A DNA stretch of 64,000 bases from the human T2T-CHM13v2.0 reference genome, Homo sapiens, in the NCBI RefSeq assembly GCF_009914755.1, contig NC_060940.1; one strand, given 5' to 3'. Position numbers and translations under genes: made by a program. Of the stretch, positions 20,221 through 33,949 are shown one piece after another. Position 1 is the stretch's first letter. Each line of letters starts with the position of its first letter. The notes under the pieces are model-generated. The model saw only the letters and a list, made by a program, of their open reading frames with translations. It made no database searches and was not told where the DNA came from.

Positions 20221-21093
20221 ATATACTTTATGCTTTACTTCTTACTTCAAACATACATCCTTGATTAAAGAACAAAAACAACTCACTGAAGGGTGATAAA
20301 ATAATCAAAATGTATTTGCCCCTGAAAGTGGAATTACTACCTCAAAAAGAATACAACTCTTTCATTTTCCCCAAAATAATCATGTGAGTTCATGGGCATG
20401 CTCATCACTGCTGTCTGTGTGGAAGAGAAGATCGAAGAGGGATTTACTGGACTGAACTGGCCTAGGAAGCCTTTGCTGGCATCTCTCAGACTGGACTGCA
20501 GCCCAGATCCTTTTACTTAGATGCATGCACTTAGAACATGAAAACAGTAAGATAAACGCCGGTGGTATTATTACTTTATATTCCAATAACATTTTAAGAC
20601 TTCCTAACTCTGTGTTTTCAATAGAAACATCCCCACTAATGAAATTGTCAATATATGTGCTCAAACCACCCTCCCCAAATACTGAAAAACAGTACATCCG
20701 TTTCTCTGTACCCTTGCCAAGTTGTCTGCAAATGCTTTGTCAATTTTTCTACTGAGTTAGACAAACTTGTGATTTTTTTCCCTTTCTTAACACAAATTTA
20801 AAAAGTAGGAAACAAAACCTAGTGCATAAAATGACATATTTTCAATATGAGTTATGTGGCAGTCTCACATGGAAGTCAGGAGTAACAGCCTCAATTCCTA
20901 AATAGCTGTTTACCTCTGCTTTTTTGAGCATATTTAAGTAATACAGAATATAAAGGAGCAAACAAAATATGAAGTTTATAAAAGATTTCAAACACTTTTC
21001 TAAAAATATGAGGCCCATATTTTAGATGTATTTCATTCCTTTTCTCAAATAATATGGACATTTATAAATATGAGAATATATAGATATACAGAC

Positions 21094-21216
21094 CTTAATA
21101 AATGAAGTGTTCTTGAAAATTTTATATGGAAAACCAGTTGGCTTTAATTTCTTCACAATTTTTATGGATTTATCCAGATCAAGGACAACTCCTGTGGCAG
21201 CTATGCGAAAATCAGG
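21094..21216 (-). pseudogene. BMS1P: BMS1P exon PDFRIAATGVVLDLDKSIKIVKKLKPTGFPYKIFKNTSFIK
   Basis: GTTAG acceptor, AAG|GTCTG donor, 123 nt. Confidence 0.94.
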
Positions 21217-21391
21217 CTAACAGGAACCCCAAAATTTGAAAATAGGAAAAATATTAGCAAGAGAAAAACTTCAATTCTATTTGACACAATAAATTACCAA
21301 AGTGAATTTTACTTACAATTAGCTAAGAAAAACAAGAGAGACCATCTGAACTTGCAACCCAGTGGTTTGACAAAAGCAATCCAAAACTTTA

Positions 21392-21755
<364 letters not shown>

Positions 21756-22305
21756 TCAGAGGAATGTAATTTTACTATAATGATTTATTTGGAACGAAAT
21801 GGAAAAGAAAAATACAGTTGCAATGTTTAGGAAACTAAAATTTGGACCTCCAGGGAAGATTCCATCTGCTCATTATTCTGCTTCCTTCTCTGTTAAATGG
21901 GACCAGTAAACCCTGCCCTGCCTGACTGGTCAAATGAAAATGGAGTGAACAGACTGCTACCCCAGCACAGCTGCAGGGAGTCTTGTATCTGGGTGGTCTC
22001 TGATGGCTCCTCACAACCTCATATAGTGCTTAGCACATGGTGAGCACTGCTTAAGTATCTCCTTAGATAAATAAATGCAAAAGATGCACAAAAATAGGAA
22101 ATGTACCATCATAATTCTTCCACCTCCCCTCCTCTAATCCCACACCCTACTGAAAAGGATGTACAAAGATTAAAAGCAAAGGGAAATTTACTTTATATTA
22201 ATAAAAATGTGTAATTTTCAACTTAAAGTCTGATGTACATAATAACCCACATTCAGGATATATTTCTCAAACCAATCTGTAAAAGAAATCATCCAAGATA
22301 GTTAC

Positions 22306-22364
22306 CATTATGCCACTGACAGACTGTATTGCCAAGAAACCAGTTCCCTGTGGAGTGACAGGGT
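22306..22364 (-). pseudogene. BMS1P: BMS1P exon PVTPQGTGFLAIQSVSGIM
   Basis: Polypyrimidine tract plus TTTAAG acceptor, ATG|GTAAC donor, 59 nt. Confidence 0.92.
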
Positions 22365-22610
22365 CTTAAAGGAAAAGGAAAAAAAGAAATATAGCAAACC
22401 ACAAATTTTAGATTCTAGTTTAACATACTGGATATGGACATTTAGATTTGGATATAGATTTACATATATACTCCAAACCACCTCCCTGCTCCCAGAAAAG
22501 AGAAAAATCTTAGGAGTGGAATTTTATGAAAGGAAAAGCAAAAAGCTAAAATAACACAGCCTGTAAGGTTTAATCTCGGCAATAGGCAAGTTATTGTAAT
22601 CATATTTTAC

Positions 22611-22791
22611 TCCAAAAGGCTGCTCCGCAATGCATGTGTTGTGGGGTATACTTTAGAAGCCTTTGTCTTCCATTATGGTCTTCGATATAATACAGCGGGA
22701 TGGTCTGAAACCTCCTCCACCCTACAGAAAATATGATTGGATCTCGGGACTTGAGGATTTTCTTATACCAGCGATGTTTCTTCAGACGCAT
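22611..22791 (-). pseudogene. BMS1P: BMS1P exon [18 protein letters not shown]...HMHCGAAFW
   Basis: CCTCAG acceptor, GGA|GTAAAA donor, 181 nt. Confidence 0.95.
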
Positions 22792-22875
22792 CTGAGGGGG
22801 ATGAGAGTGTAAGATGATTGATGGAGGGGAAATCCACAGAGCCTCAGGCACCAAATATGCAGCAAAGGGACCCAC

Positions 22876-23064
22876 CTGCACGTCTCCAACATTTCCCTCA
22901 CTGTTGCCCAAGCCACCCAGGATAATGGGGTAATGGGGGTCAAAGTTCTGCACAAATTCACAGGGAACATTTTCAATCTCAACGCGGACGTACATCCCAG
23001 GTCGAAAACACTCATAAGGAACTCTGGCTTCATCATCTTGATCTTCAAATTCTGTGCGATTCAG
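22876..23064 (-). pseudogene. BMS1P: BMS1P exon [15 protein letters not shown]...[14 protein letters not shown]
   Basis: GTACAG acceptor, CAG|GTGGG donor, 189 nt; lies within ORF 22600..23133. Confidence 0.95.
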
Positions 23065-23207
23065 CTGTACATGACGGGGGGAAAAAAACCTGTATGCTGT
23101 TATCTGTAATAAACATAGGATTAACATGAACAAATGAGCAATTTCTAAGTAAAGGAACTGTGGACAGAATTATGTAGGCTTTATCCTATTAAAAATACTA
23201 CACATTT

Positions 23208-23511
23208 GGCCGGGTACAGTGGCTCATGCCTGTAATCCCAGCACTTTGGGAGGCTGAGGCGGGCAGATCACATGAGGTCAGGAGTTTGAAACCAGCCTCG
23301 CCAACATGGTGAAACCCCATATCTACTAAAAATACCAAAATCAGCTGGGTGTGGTAGTGCGTGCCTGTAGTCCCAGCTACTCAGGAGGCAGAGGTGAGAG
23401 AATCGCTTGAACCTGGGAGACGGAGGTTGCAGTGAGTCAAGATCATGCCACTGCACTCCAGCCTGGGCAATAGAGCGAGATTCCATCTCAAAAAACAAAA
23501 AAACAAAAAAA
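23208..23511 (+). mobile_element. AluS
   Basis: Full dimer; CTACACATTT on both flanks. Confidence 0.92.
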
Positions 23512-23817
23512 ACCTACACATTTTACCTCTACAGTCTGTTCAGAATATGTCTCAACCGTTTTCTTCTCTCCTGCTACAAGGCACGGCAAATGTAGATAAC
23601 TGTGGAGCCCTGCGTGCTTGAACACTGGAAACATCCCCAGTCCACACCTTCTTTCCTTCCTCTCCAAATAATTCTTTCACACTTTTCCCTTGTCTTCAAA
23701 CACCCACCACCATCCTCACCTTCACTCAGCTGATGGCTGTTTCCTGATTCACTCCAAAACCAAAAGAACCTCTACGGTCAACCCTCTACCAGGGTTTCCT
23801 CCCATATCCAGCCTTAT

Positions 23818-25270
23818 CAGAGCTCTGACCTGGCCCATAGAGGAGCTATGTGTGGCTATTTAAATTAAAATTAATTACAATTACATAATATTTAAAATGC
23901 AGTTCCTCAATCACACTAGTCACACTGGAAGCGGCCCATATCAACCTGCGGCCAGTGTTACAATATTGGGAAGCACAGACGTGCATCTCCATGATCACAG
24001 AAAGTTTTATGGGCAGCTCAGGCACAGATGATTTGTCCATGCCTCTACTCAGGGCCACACATCACTTGCTCACTAGACACCATCCACTCTTCCTGGACTT
24101 TATTCCAACAGCTCTTCCCTCTGTTCTCTCTCTTTTCTCAAAACCTTTTGATTCCACTTCTTCCACCAACAACTGCTTCATTTCTCTGCTTCTCTCTGCA
24201 GCAAAACCCCACAAAAGTTTTCTGCAGTTGCAGCCTCCAGTTCCTCTGCTCCCATTCTCCTACATCCATGAAAATTGGTGTTTGCCAAGATTGCTGAAGG
24301 CCTCCACGCTGAAGGACTCCTCCAGTGGTCAACTCTGCTTTCACCGTAGTTAACACAGCAGGGGATCTGAACGGTGCTTCGCCTCTGTGTACAACTGGAC
24401 TCCTGTGTGCCTGCATGCTCACACTGCTTCTCCCTCTCCCTCCTAGGCACTGCTCAGGCCTCACGGCCGCAATCGCCCCATCTCGCCCATGCCAGTCTTG
24501 CTCCTCCCAGTCACTCTGCACTCACTCCCCGGCCACCTCACAGCGTTAAGTGGCATCTACATGCTGAGGGCTGTATATCTAAGTCCCTGGCCAGACCTGT
24601 CTCTCCAGACTTGACACTCCGCTTGTCTGCATGATACCCAGCCGAACCAAACATCATCTTCCCAAAACTACATCTGCAGAGGGTTTCCTATCTAACCTGC
24701 AACAACCCATCCTTCCAGGAACTTCCAGTCGCCATCCTCATTTCCTCTCACACACCCCACATTCAGTCCACCAGGAAATCCTGCTGAGCCAGCTTCCAAA
24801 TAAACTCTATCCAGGTTTGACTCTTTGTCTCATCTCCACTGTCAGCCCTCTGGTTTGTGCCACCAGACTGATCTCTACCAGACTGATCTCTTGGCAGAGT
24901 GATCTGATTACCCGAATGTCTCTCTTCTGCTCAAAACCCTCCAAGGACTCCCATTTCAGAGTGAAACATTCAGTCTTTTCCAATGGCTCACAAGGCTCTG
25001 GGTAGTTTTAAATTGTAAATGGTGTGAAGCAAAAACTTCAGTTAGCCTAGTCATGCCTTTCAAAGGTCAACACAGACTAGCAACCACTAAGCTAATGCTT
25101 AATCAGGAAACAGTACTTTGACTAGATGAAGATCTAGGATGAAACTCCATTTCACAAATCATATACCTAATCTGTTCCAGCTTACACAGGCACTCCTGGC
25201 CTCGCTAACAAGACACAACTCAGATGCTTACCATCAACTGTACACATGTTTCTGTGTCTGTCTCCTTCAG
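23818..25270. mobile_element. MER3-like DNA element (~23818-24015) followed by old L2 fragments
   Basis: AGTTCCTCAATCACACTAGTCACA motif; C/T-rich L2-like text (CTGCTCAAAACCCTCCAA). Confidence 0.55.
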
Positions 25271-25807
25271 AGTGAGATCACTGCCTCCAACAACCTGCTC
25301 AGCACCCCCAGGCAGGAGGGCCACACCATCTCCCTTATCTCCGCATCTGACCTTATACTCCACATGTCCTTCTGAACTCTGACCAGGATGAGTTTTCAGA
25401 GCACTTCCCCTGGGAGCTCTGGTGTGTCCATAAGCCACACAGGCCACTGATCACCTGCCACTCAAATCAGGGAGCAGCGATCAGAATAGGCAGCATTGGC
25501 TTGCACTGAAATGAACACACTGTCTCAGATCACTACATTGTAAAAGTCTCAAAAGTAGAGACCATGTTTCAGTCATTTCGGTTTCCTAATTCTTGTTACA
25601 AAATAGATATGGATCTTTTTCTGGTGACCTTCTGACTGTAGAAACAATGAGCTCACTGCATGAATAAACACACTCACATACATCTACCCAGGAGTCCAAA
25701 TGAAAGGCACAGAAGCAGGATAGGAAGCAGGGACCCAAAGAAAGTCAGGGATTCCTGCACTATGTGACAGTCTTGACAAGGGGCTGAGAGGAACTGAGGT
25801 TTCTCAC

Positions 25808-25979
25808 CTGTGCTTGTTTCTGCATTTCTCCTTTAAGATCATCAAAATATGTGCTTTCTCCTTCATCATATTCCTCATCAAACATCTCCTTCAATTTTCT
25901 CTTCTTATCCAAATGCTTTTTCTTGGCACTTTCTTCTTTGTCGGGGTCAATTTCTTCCTTGTTTCTCTATATCTTCATT
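25808..25979 (-). pseudogene. BMS1P: BMS1P exon NEDIEK/KEEIDPDKEESAKKKHLDKKRKLKEMFDEEYDEGESTYFDDLKGEMQKQAQ, frameshifted
   Basis: TTTAAG acceptor, CAG|GTGAGA donor. The exon is 172 nt between phase-0 junctions, consistent with a net 5-nt loss after NEDIEK. Confidence 0.92.
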
Positions 25980-26625
25980 CTTAAATTTCCAGAAGAAAAA
26001 ATTTTGTGTATGTTTATGAAGGTCTTTTCTTTAAACATTAGATTTTTTAAAGTTCTATTTAAACAAAAATCTTAGCAAAAATCTGTTACCATTATCAATA
26101 AAACGAAACAAACCACAACACAACCTTTTTTCTCTGAATAACATGGTACTGCTACAGGAAATTGTTACATCTGCATTACAATTAGCTGCTATTCCTTAAG
26201 CTGGCTGGGAACACAAACTAGAATAAAAATAACAGACATGTCCCTCACCCAGATGTTCCCAGAACCTGTTCTAAAGAAATATTAGGGAGAACAGGGACTT
26301 CATTCATTTAAATGACACTTAAAATTAAAAAGAGGAGAATGATGGCAATGGTTGAATGTAAGTCTGAGAAGCTAAGACTTCTGTGAGTGAAAAATCACAG
26401 TGGACTTGGCAAATGACTATGGCAAGAAACAGTAGTAACTGTCATCCAAAACTTAACAAGTAAACAAGAAAGCTTCTCTTTGGTCCCCACATCCCCACCC
26501 TTTAGGAAGGAATCTATCCATCCAGTCTGCAATCTTCACACATCACAAGTAAGATTTGCATTTCTCAATGTGGGCCTCTCTCAGAACACAATGACCAAGA
26601 ACAGCCAGCTACGACAAAGTCATAC

Positions 26626-26699
26626 CTGAGTATCGGGGCCCGATTTTCCCTTGTGCACATCCCCTGTTTCCAAGTCTTCAAAGTCACCATAGAGCTCCT
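26626..26699 (-). pseudogene. BMS1P: BMS1P exon EELYGDFEDLETGDVHKGKSGPDTQ (first retained exon)
   Basis: TTTTCCCAG acceptor, CAG|GTATG donor, 74 nt. Confidence 0.93.
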
Positions 26700-26975
26700 C
26701 TGGGAAAAGAACACCCAAAGGCTGCTCTGTGAGCCAGGCATGCATGTGCTGCTGGCCCCACCCACAACAGGCCCACAATGCGCTCCACGTTCCAAGCCTC
26801 ATTCTCACTGTTCCCGTCACTACACACACAGGCAAAACTTTGCACTAGGGAATGCTTCGTAGAACAGTTAGTATTTCATCATCTGTTTAGGTAAACTAAA
26901 TGGACCCAATCCACATTTCTGCACTTCATGTCAAAATCCCAATCTCAATTTTTCCAGTATAGATAATGGACACTC

Positions 26976-27280
<305 letters not shown>

Positions 27281-27598
27281 AATGGACACTCTTTATGAAA
27301 GACACAGAGGTCTATCTGTGTCCCCCAAGCGAATAATTCAAAGAGTGAATGGAAAAGTCCCACGCTGATAACCAGCATATGTGAAAAGGAGTCTCAATGT
27401 AAGTTCAACACAACACAATCATGTAACACACCTAGGGGAAATTTTAGATTATATAAAACATAGCATTTAGATTAAGAGTAGAGCCCCAAACCACACCAAA
27501 CCCATGGGAAGAGCTTATTCACTCATTCATTCCTTCATTTGTTGTTGGAGCTCTGGGCTCAATTATAATTCCCACTCTTAAAAGAAATAGACAGGTAA

Positions 27599-27735
27599 GG
27601 CTGGGTGCAGTGGCTCACACCTGTAAACCCAGCACTTTGGGGGCCCGGGAGGCAGAGGTTGCAGTGAGCCATAATTGCATCACTGAACTCCAGCCTGGGT
27701 GACAGAGTGAGACCCTGTCTCAAAAAAAGGAAAAC
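27599..27735 (+). mobile_element. Internally deleted Alu (left-arm start fused to right-arm end)
   Basis: CCCAGCACTTTGGGGGC joined directly to CCGGGAGGCAGAGGTTGCAGTGAG. Confidence 0.8.
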
Positions 27736-28149
27736 AAAAGAAAGAGGCAAGTTAAAACTCATTTGGGAGAGCAATGTTTAGAAAGCTATTAAAACATTTT
27801 CACATAAGGGCCAAAGAACCAGGTAGACGTTATAAAAGATAGGAAGCTCCTATTTGTAATAAAAGCAAAAAAGGATAAAATAGGAATAAACCTCACAAGA
27901 AGTGCACTGGAACTTTATTTTTTTTAAAAAAAAGAAAAGCTTTAATATGCTACCAAAGGACAAAAGGAATAGCATCACTACCAACACTTGTAAGTGCTCT
28001 CCACACTAGGCACTGTGTTAAGTACTTTCCTTGCCTTAACCACATTCTTCAACCCAAGGAAGTAGGTGTTGTAAATATTATTTACTGAATAATGATATGT
28101 CCTCATTTGAAAAGAAAGACTCGACATCACAAATACGCCAATTCTCCCT

Positions 28150-31100
28150 TTAGCACAGTTACAACCCGAAACCACCACTAAGGATTTCTGGTCTAGAGAA
28201 GATAATACATTATACCCTCCTAAGAAATGTAACCCAAACTCTAGAAATAATAGACAGGAGATGATCAATGGAGAATTCCAAAAGGTGGACAGAAAAAGGC
28301 TGCTGAGGGACTCTAGGACTAGGGAATGCATAGTGGCCAGGTGTCTCCCTGGACCTCATCCAATAGGAAGGTGACCCAGGCCCAGAGTTTCCCAACTCCT
28401 AACGTAGCAATAGAAGGCAACCCAGGCAGACTCAGTCCCCGCAGATCAAAGGAGATCTTCCCCACAACAAGAAAACCAGCTCCACACACCAAGACAACCA
28501 CCATTCCCCACCCATCTAGCTGCAGCAGGTGGCCCAGCCTGGGGCAGCTCCCCTGTTCCCTCAGGTGGGCAACAGCAGGGACTGGTGGGAGAATCCCAGT
28601 GATACATATAAGCCAAACAGACCAAAATAACACCATGAAGGCTCTGAAATTAAATTGCCATTGGAATCTCAGCCCACAAAGTAGACCAAGACCTACAGAC
28701 TAAACCTAAACAGGAAGACTGCCTGCAAAAATAAAAAAAATTACATAGGCAGATGTTGGAACCATCTGACTCATCACTTATAACAGTCAGTATAAAAGTG
28801 CTTCAACAAGCAACTACAAATCCTACAGCAACAATCAAAGAACTGAAAACATCAGCAAAGAAACTGAAGAAGAATCAAATGGAAATTACAGAAATATGAA
28901 ATACAGTAACAGAAATTTAAAAAAAATCTAACTGGATGGGCTCTATTGAGTAAAAGTGGAGACGACAGAGGAGAGAATCAGAGAAGCTGAAACCTGATCA
29001 ACAGAATTCACCCAGCCTAAACAATAGATAGGAAATAACCTGAAAACAAATGAACAGAGCTGCACGGACCTGTGAGATGATAACAAAAGACCCCACATTT
29101 ATGTTATCTGAGTCCCACAGGAGACCAGAGCTGCGAAAGCATGCAAATAACTAATTCCTGACACTTCCCACATTTGGTGAAAGATATAAACTTACAGATT
29201 CAAGAAGCTGAGCAAACCTCAAAGTATACCAAAAGAAAGCAACACTGATTAAACTCTCAAAACTAAAAACAAAGACCAAAAATGGCAGAATGCCTGTAGG
29301 GACACGCCAACTCAAATGCCATGGAGGCCAGAAGGAAGTGGCACAACATTTTCAAGTGCTTAAAAAAAAACAACCAAACAAAAAACCAACCAAACAAAAA
29401 AACTGTTGGCTGCAAATTCTATATCCCATGAAACTACCCTTCAGAAATGAAGAGAGAAATAAAGACATTCTGAGAGGAAGAGAATATAGGAATTTGTCAC
29501 CGGTCAATTTAGAAATGCTAAAAAGTGGCTACAGAAATATGTTGTGTCATTTCCACAATACAAAAAATTAAAACAAAAAAATCAAAATAAAAAAATGGCT
29601 ACAGAAAGTTCTTATGCAGAAGGGATGAATATGGGACTATGGGAGGAGGGACAAAGGAAAGACCAGAAATGTGGATACATACGCGAGACAATCCACAGTT
29701 CTTAAAATCACATTTGACGACTGAAACAAAAACTATACCACCACCTAATACTCAAGCCAGTGATTTATACAAGTGGAAAAGGTAAAGAGACATAAATGCA
29801 AGGCAGGTTTCCACACTTTGAAGTGGTAAATACTGGTACCAGTAGACTACTATATTACAATGCACATATTGTTAACATCCAGAGCAAACACTTTAAGACT
29901 ATACAAAGAGATACACGCAACAACATTATACAGAAATAGATCAAGATGGAGGGAAAGAAAAAGGAAACAACAAAGCAAATAATAAAAACATCAGACATAA
30001 GCAATTATGTAACAATAAGCACCTTAAATGTAAATGGTCTAAATAAACCAAAAGACAGATTGATGGAGAGCCTATAATAAACACATGGTCCAACTAAATA
30101 CTCTTCATAAGAAAATTCAAACTCACTTAAGGTCCTAAGTAGGTTGAAAGTAAAAGAATGGAGAAAGATATCCTGTGAAATCGTTAATTTTTTAAGGAAG
30201 CAGGAGTGAATATATTAATATCTCATGAAGTAGACTTCAAGCAAAATAATTTACCAGAGCTGGAGAGGGTCTTGGCTGAATTTTAAGATCTAAAATTTCC
30301 TATGCTGTCTTGACATCTTTGAGCCTCACAGGGCCCCAAAGGCCTAGCCATAGGTTTTCCTATTTCTACCAGACACCCCCTACCCGGCCACCCAACAGGA
30401 AAGGCTCCCCACCTGGCTAGTTCTTTTATCAGCCAGAACAGTTGCACCTCAGCCTAAAAAGTTTCACTTCACCTGTCTGCCAGCCCATGAATTTATTCAA
30501 ACAAGCCAATTGCATGCCCCCTCGGGAACCATTGGTCATTGTGTGCTCTTGTTACTACCAAGCCTGCCTGCTTCCTCAGCCCGCAGCCCTCACTCCAATA
30601 CAGAGTGCGGTGCCCATCTGACCCTGTGTGGCATGCAGTGTCCTCCTCTGAGCTGTGGGTATATGTGACTAAAACACTGCTGTCAATCTCATCCATCCAC
30701 GCCAGGCGTCGTGTTCAGCCATCTCCTACACTTTAGGGCAGGGACCCCTCCTTCACCAATGGGGTGAAAAGGAAGTGACCCTAACAACTGCTTAATGACA
30801 AAAGGATTAACCCACCAAGAAGACATCTACTTCAACATCCTCCTCTTAGCAACTGTTAAAACTAGGCAGAGGCCGGGCACAGTGGCTCACGCCTGTAATA
30901 CCAGAACTCTGGGAGGCAAAGACAAAGGATAGCTTGAGGCCAGGAGTTCGAGCCTGGGCAACATAGCAAGGCCTCATCTCTCCAAAAAATTTTAAATTTA
31001 GCCAGGTGTGGCGGCACACACCTATAGTACCAGCTACTCAGGAGGTTAAGCCAGGGGAAGTACTTGAGCCTAGGAAGTCAAGGCTGCAGGGAGTCTTGTT

Positions 31101-31308
31101 CGTGCCACCGCACTCTAGTGTAAGTGACAGAGTGAAACTAGGCAGAAAAGGAGCAAGGATTTACAAAAGATCTGAACAGTTCAACCAGCAAAATCTGACA
31201 TCCGTATAACACCCCACTCCCCAACAGCAAAACACACACATTTTTAAAGCCAATAGAAATCTACCAAGATGAAGTACATTTGGGGCAATAAAAGAAATCA
31301 CAGCAAAT
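28150..31308 (+). mobile_element. Old L1M 5'/ORF1/endonuclease region, interrupted by an LTR and an AluJ (30871-31140), cut off at TAR1
   Basis: ACAGATTCAAGAAGCTGAGCAAACC, TTAAATGTAAATGGTCTAAAT, TTGAAAGTAAAAGAATGG. Confidence 0.72.
30273..30787 (+). mobile_element. Solo ERV LTR
   Basis: ~510 bp, TG...CA ends, U3/R-like content; splits the L1. Confidence 0.55.
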
Positions 31309-32172
31309 CTCGCTGTGCGGCCCTCGGCGCCAGCGCCGTGCGCCTCTCTGCGCCTTGTTTTCTCACCACGGGGAAGCATTTGGGGGCCTCTTGAGGGACC
31401 CCCTAGATGCTTCTACTCAGAGCCCCCAAAGCCGGGGAGCCTCCACTCCTCTGTCTGCAGCCTCCCCTGTCGGTTCTCGCTACCCAGGGTTCAGTGGCCT
31501 GGGGGCTGACGGAGGGGGTCGCCTCTGCCAAGGCCCCTTCCGGCGCCTCCCTGGCTCATCCAGCCCACCTCCCTCCCACGCTGGCTTACGCAAAGTGCTC
31601 TGGTCACCAGGAGCCCTTCCTGACCAGCCCCGGCACCTCCTTGGCCTTCGCCCCACCTGGCCTCCCCTGGAGCCCTGACCTGGGTGCAGGGCCTACTGGG
31701 TCCAGAGCCCACCCCGCCCTGAACAACCCCGAGTCTCAGCCACCCTCAGTTCTTACCCTTTCACAGCTGGGGAGTGGAGCCTGGGCCTGCGCCGGCGCCG
31801 TGGGCCTCTCCGCCGCGCCCGCGCTGTCCGCTTCTCCGCCGCTGTCCGCCTCTCCGCCGCGCCCGCGCTGTCCGCTTCTCCGCCGCGCCGGCGCTGGCGC
31901 TGTGTGCCTTTGCCAGGGCGAAGCTGCGTTCTCCTCAACACAGACCCGAAGAGCATCGTGAGCGCGGAGCTGAGTTCTACTCTGCACAGACTTCGGAGAT
32001 ACAGCGAAGGCAGAGCAGTGTTCCCTCAGCACAAACCCGGGCGGGCGGGCCGGTGGCACCGTGAGGGTGGAGCTGCGTTCTGCTCTGCACAGACCTTGGG
32101 GGCACTGCCTCGCTTTGGGACAACTCGGGGCCACATCGAGGGTGAATAAAATCCTTCCTGTTTGTAGCCCTG
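31309..32172 (+). repeat. Interstitial TAR1 (telomere-associated repeat) fragment / CpG island
   Basis: 29-bp-type motifs (GCGCCTCTCTGCGCC, GCGCCGGCGC), then 37-bp-type units (GGCGAAGCTGCGTTCTCCTCAACACAGACCC), then GCTTTGGGACAACTCGGGG..GGTGAATAAAATC. No TTAGGG array follows. Confidence 0.85.
31808..31890. repeat. GC-rich minisatellite, ~44-bp period built from CTCCGCCGC/GCTGTCCGC subunits
   Basis: CTCCGCCGCGCCCGCGCTGTCCGCTTCTCCGCCGC at 31808 and 31852. Confidence 0.85.
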
Positions 32173-32655
32173 TTTGCGGTTGGTGGCAGCGATGGACGCT
32201 GCAGCCAGCCAGAGCGTAGAAAGGCGTCGGAGTAAGTGCGCTATCCAGGCTGCACTGCGGGTGGCCTGGGACGGGTTGGGAGCCCTATCTCAGGCGTCAC
32301 TGCCTGTCCTGGGTGGCTGTTTGGGTGTGCTATCTGGGGCTGTGCTGCCTGCACCAGGGGGGGTGGTTTGGGGGCCCAAACCGGGGCTGCACTGCCTTTG
32401 GCGGGGAGCCGGTTGGGGGCACTATCCCAGACTGTATTGCTGGCAACAGTGAGGTGGGCTAAGTGTGCTATCGGGGGCTGCGCTGTGCGGCTGTGGGGGG
32501 TTGGCGGTTTCGGGTCGAGGGCGCTATGGGGTGCTGTAATGCCCATGGTGCGGGGAGGCCAGGCAGTTTGGGTATGTTGGGTGTGGTATTGGGGGGGGCT
32601 ACACTGAAGGTGGTAGAGGGCAGGGTGGGTTGGGGGCCATATCAGGGACTGCACT
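32173..32655. repeat. REP522-like subtelomeric/pericentromeric repeat
   Basis: Recurrent GGGGGCACTATC / GGGGCTGCACTG motifs. Confidence 0.65.
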
Positions 32656-33945
32656 GATTGCTTTAGCTAGGATTTCTGGTACTATGTTAAACAACAGTGG
32701 TGACAGGGGGCATCCTTATCATGTTCCAGATCTTAGAGGAAAAACTTTCCATTTTTCCCCATTCCATATGATTCTAGCTGTGGGTGTCTTTCCTATAGTT
32801 TTTATTATGTTGCGGTATGTTTCTTCTGTGCCCGTTTATTTGAAGATTTGTAGCATGAAGGGATGTTGAATTTCATCAAATGCTTTTTCAGTTTCAGTTG
32901 ACGTGATCATACTGTTTTTGTGGTTTATTTGGTTGATATGACATATCACATTGTATGTTGAGTGACCCTTGCATCCCAGGGATACATCTCACTTGATCAT
33001 GATGAATTATCTTTTTAATGTATTACTGAATTTGATTCACTGGTATTTTGTTGAGGATTTTTGTATCAATGTTAGAGATACTGGCCTGTAGTTTCCTTCT
33101 TTGATGCCTTTGTCTGATTTTGGTATCACAGTAATAATGGTCTCATAGAATAAGTTTGGAAGTATTCCCTCCTGTTTTTCAAAATAGTTTGAGCAGGATT
33201 CGTACTAGGTCTTTAAATTGTTTGGTGTGAAGCCATCAGCAGTGAAGACATCAGTTCCTGGGCTTTTCTTTACTGGGAGACTTTTTCTGATGGCTTCAAT
33301 CTCATTACTTGTTACCAATCTGTTCTGGTCTTGGATGTTTTCATTGTTTGACCTAAGTAGGTTGTATGCATCTAGGAATTTGCCAATTTCTACTAGGCTT
33401 TCCAATTTATTGGCATGTAATAGCCAGTTATGATCCTTTAAATTTCTGAAGTATTAGTTGTAATGTCTCCTTTTTTTAATCTGTTGATTTTATTTATTTG
33501 AATCTTGTCTCTTTTCTTAGCCTGGTTAAAAGTTTGTCAATTTTGTTTAGCTTTCCAGAAAACCAGCTTTTCGTTTAATCTTCTGTGTTTTTTCTTTCAA
33601 TTTTATTTCTGCTACGATCTTATTTATTTTATTAATTTCAGTTTAGTTTGTTCTTACTTTACTAGTTCTTTAAGATGTATTGTTTATTTGAAGTTTTTCT
33701 TTTGTTTGGATGGTAGGCACTTATAGCTATAAATCTCTGCCTTTGTACTGCTTTCTGCGTAACAAGTTTTGGTATCCTGTGTTTTCATTACCCTTTGTTT
33801 CATGAAATTTTTGAATTTCTGTCTTAGTATCTTCATTGACCTGCTAGTCATTTATTCAGGAGAGTAGTGCTTAACTTCCATGTGATTGTATTGTTTCCAA
33901 AATTACTCTTCTTATTGATACCTAGTTTTATTCCTAGTAGTCAAA
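32656..33945 (-). mobile_element. L1 (L1PB-like) ORF2 fragment
   Basis: The minus strand translates to L1 ORF2-like NRLVTSNEIEAIRKSLPVKKSPGTD. Confidence 0.85.
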
Positions 33946-33949
33946 GAAG

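Noticed and set aside
22600-23133. 177-aa ORF as a functional CDS
   Set aside because: It is two BMS1 pseudo-exons plus intron read-through, with intronic start and stop.
31905-32105. Regularly spaced ~37-46 bp repeats resembling a CRISPR array
   Set aside because: These are degenerate TAR1 tandem units in primate DNA, with no unique spacers or cas genes.
31355-32654. ORFs over TAR1/REP522
   Set aside because: GC-rich repeat artefacts.
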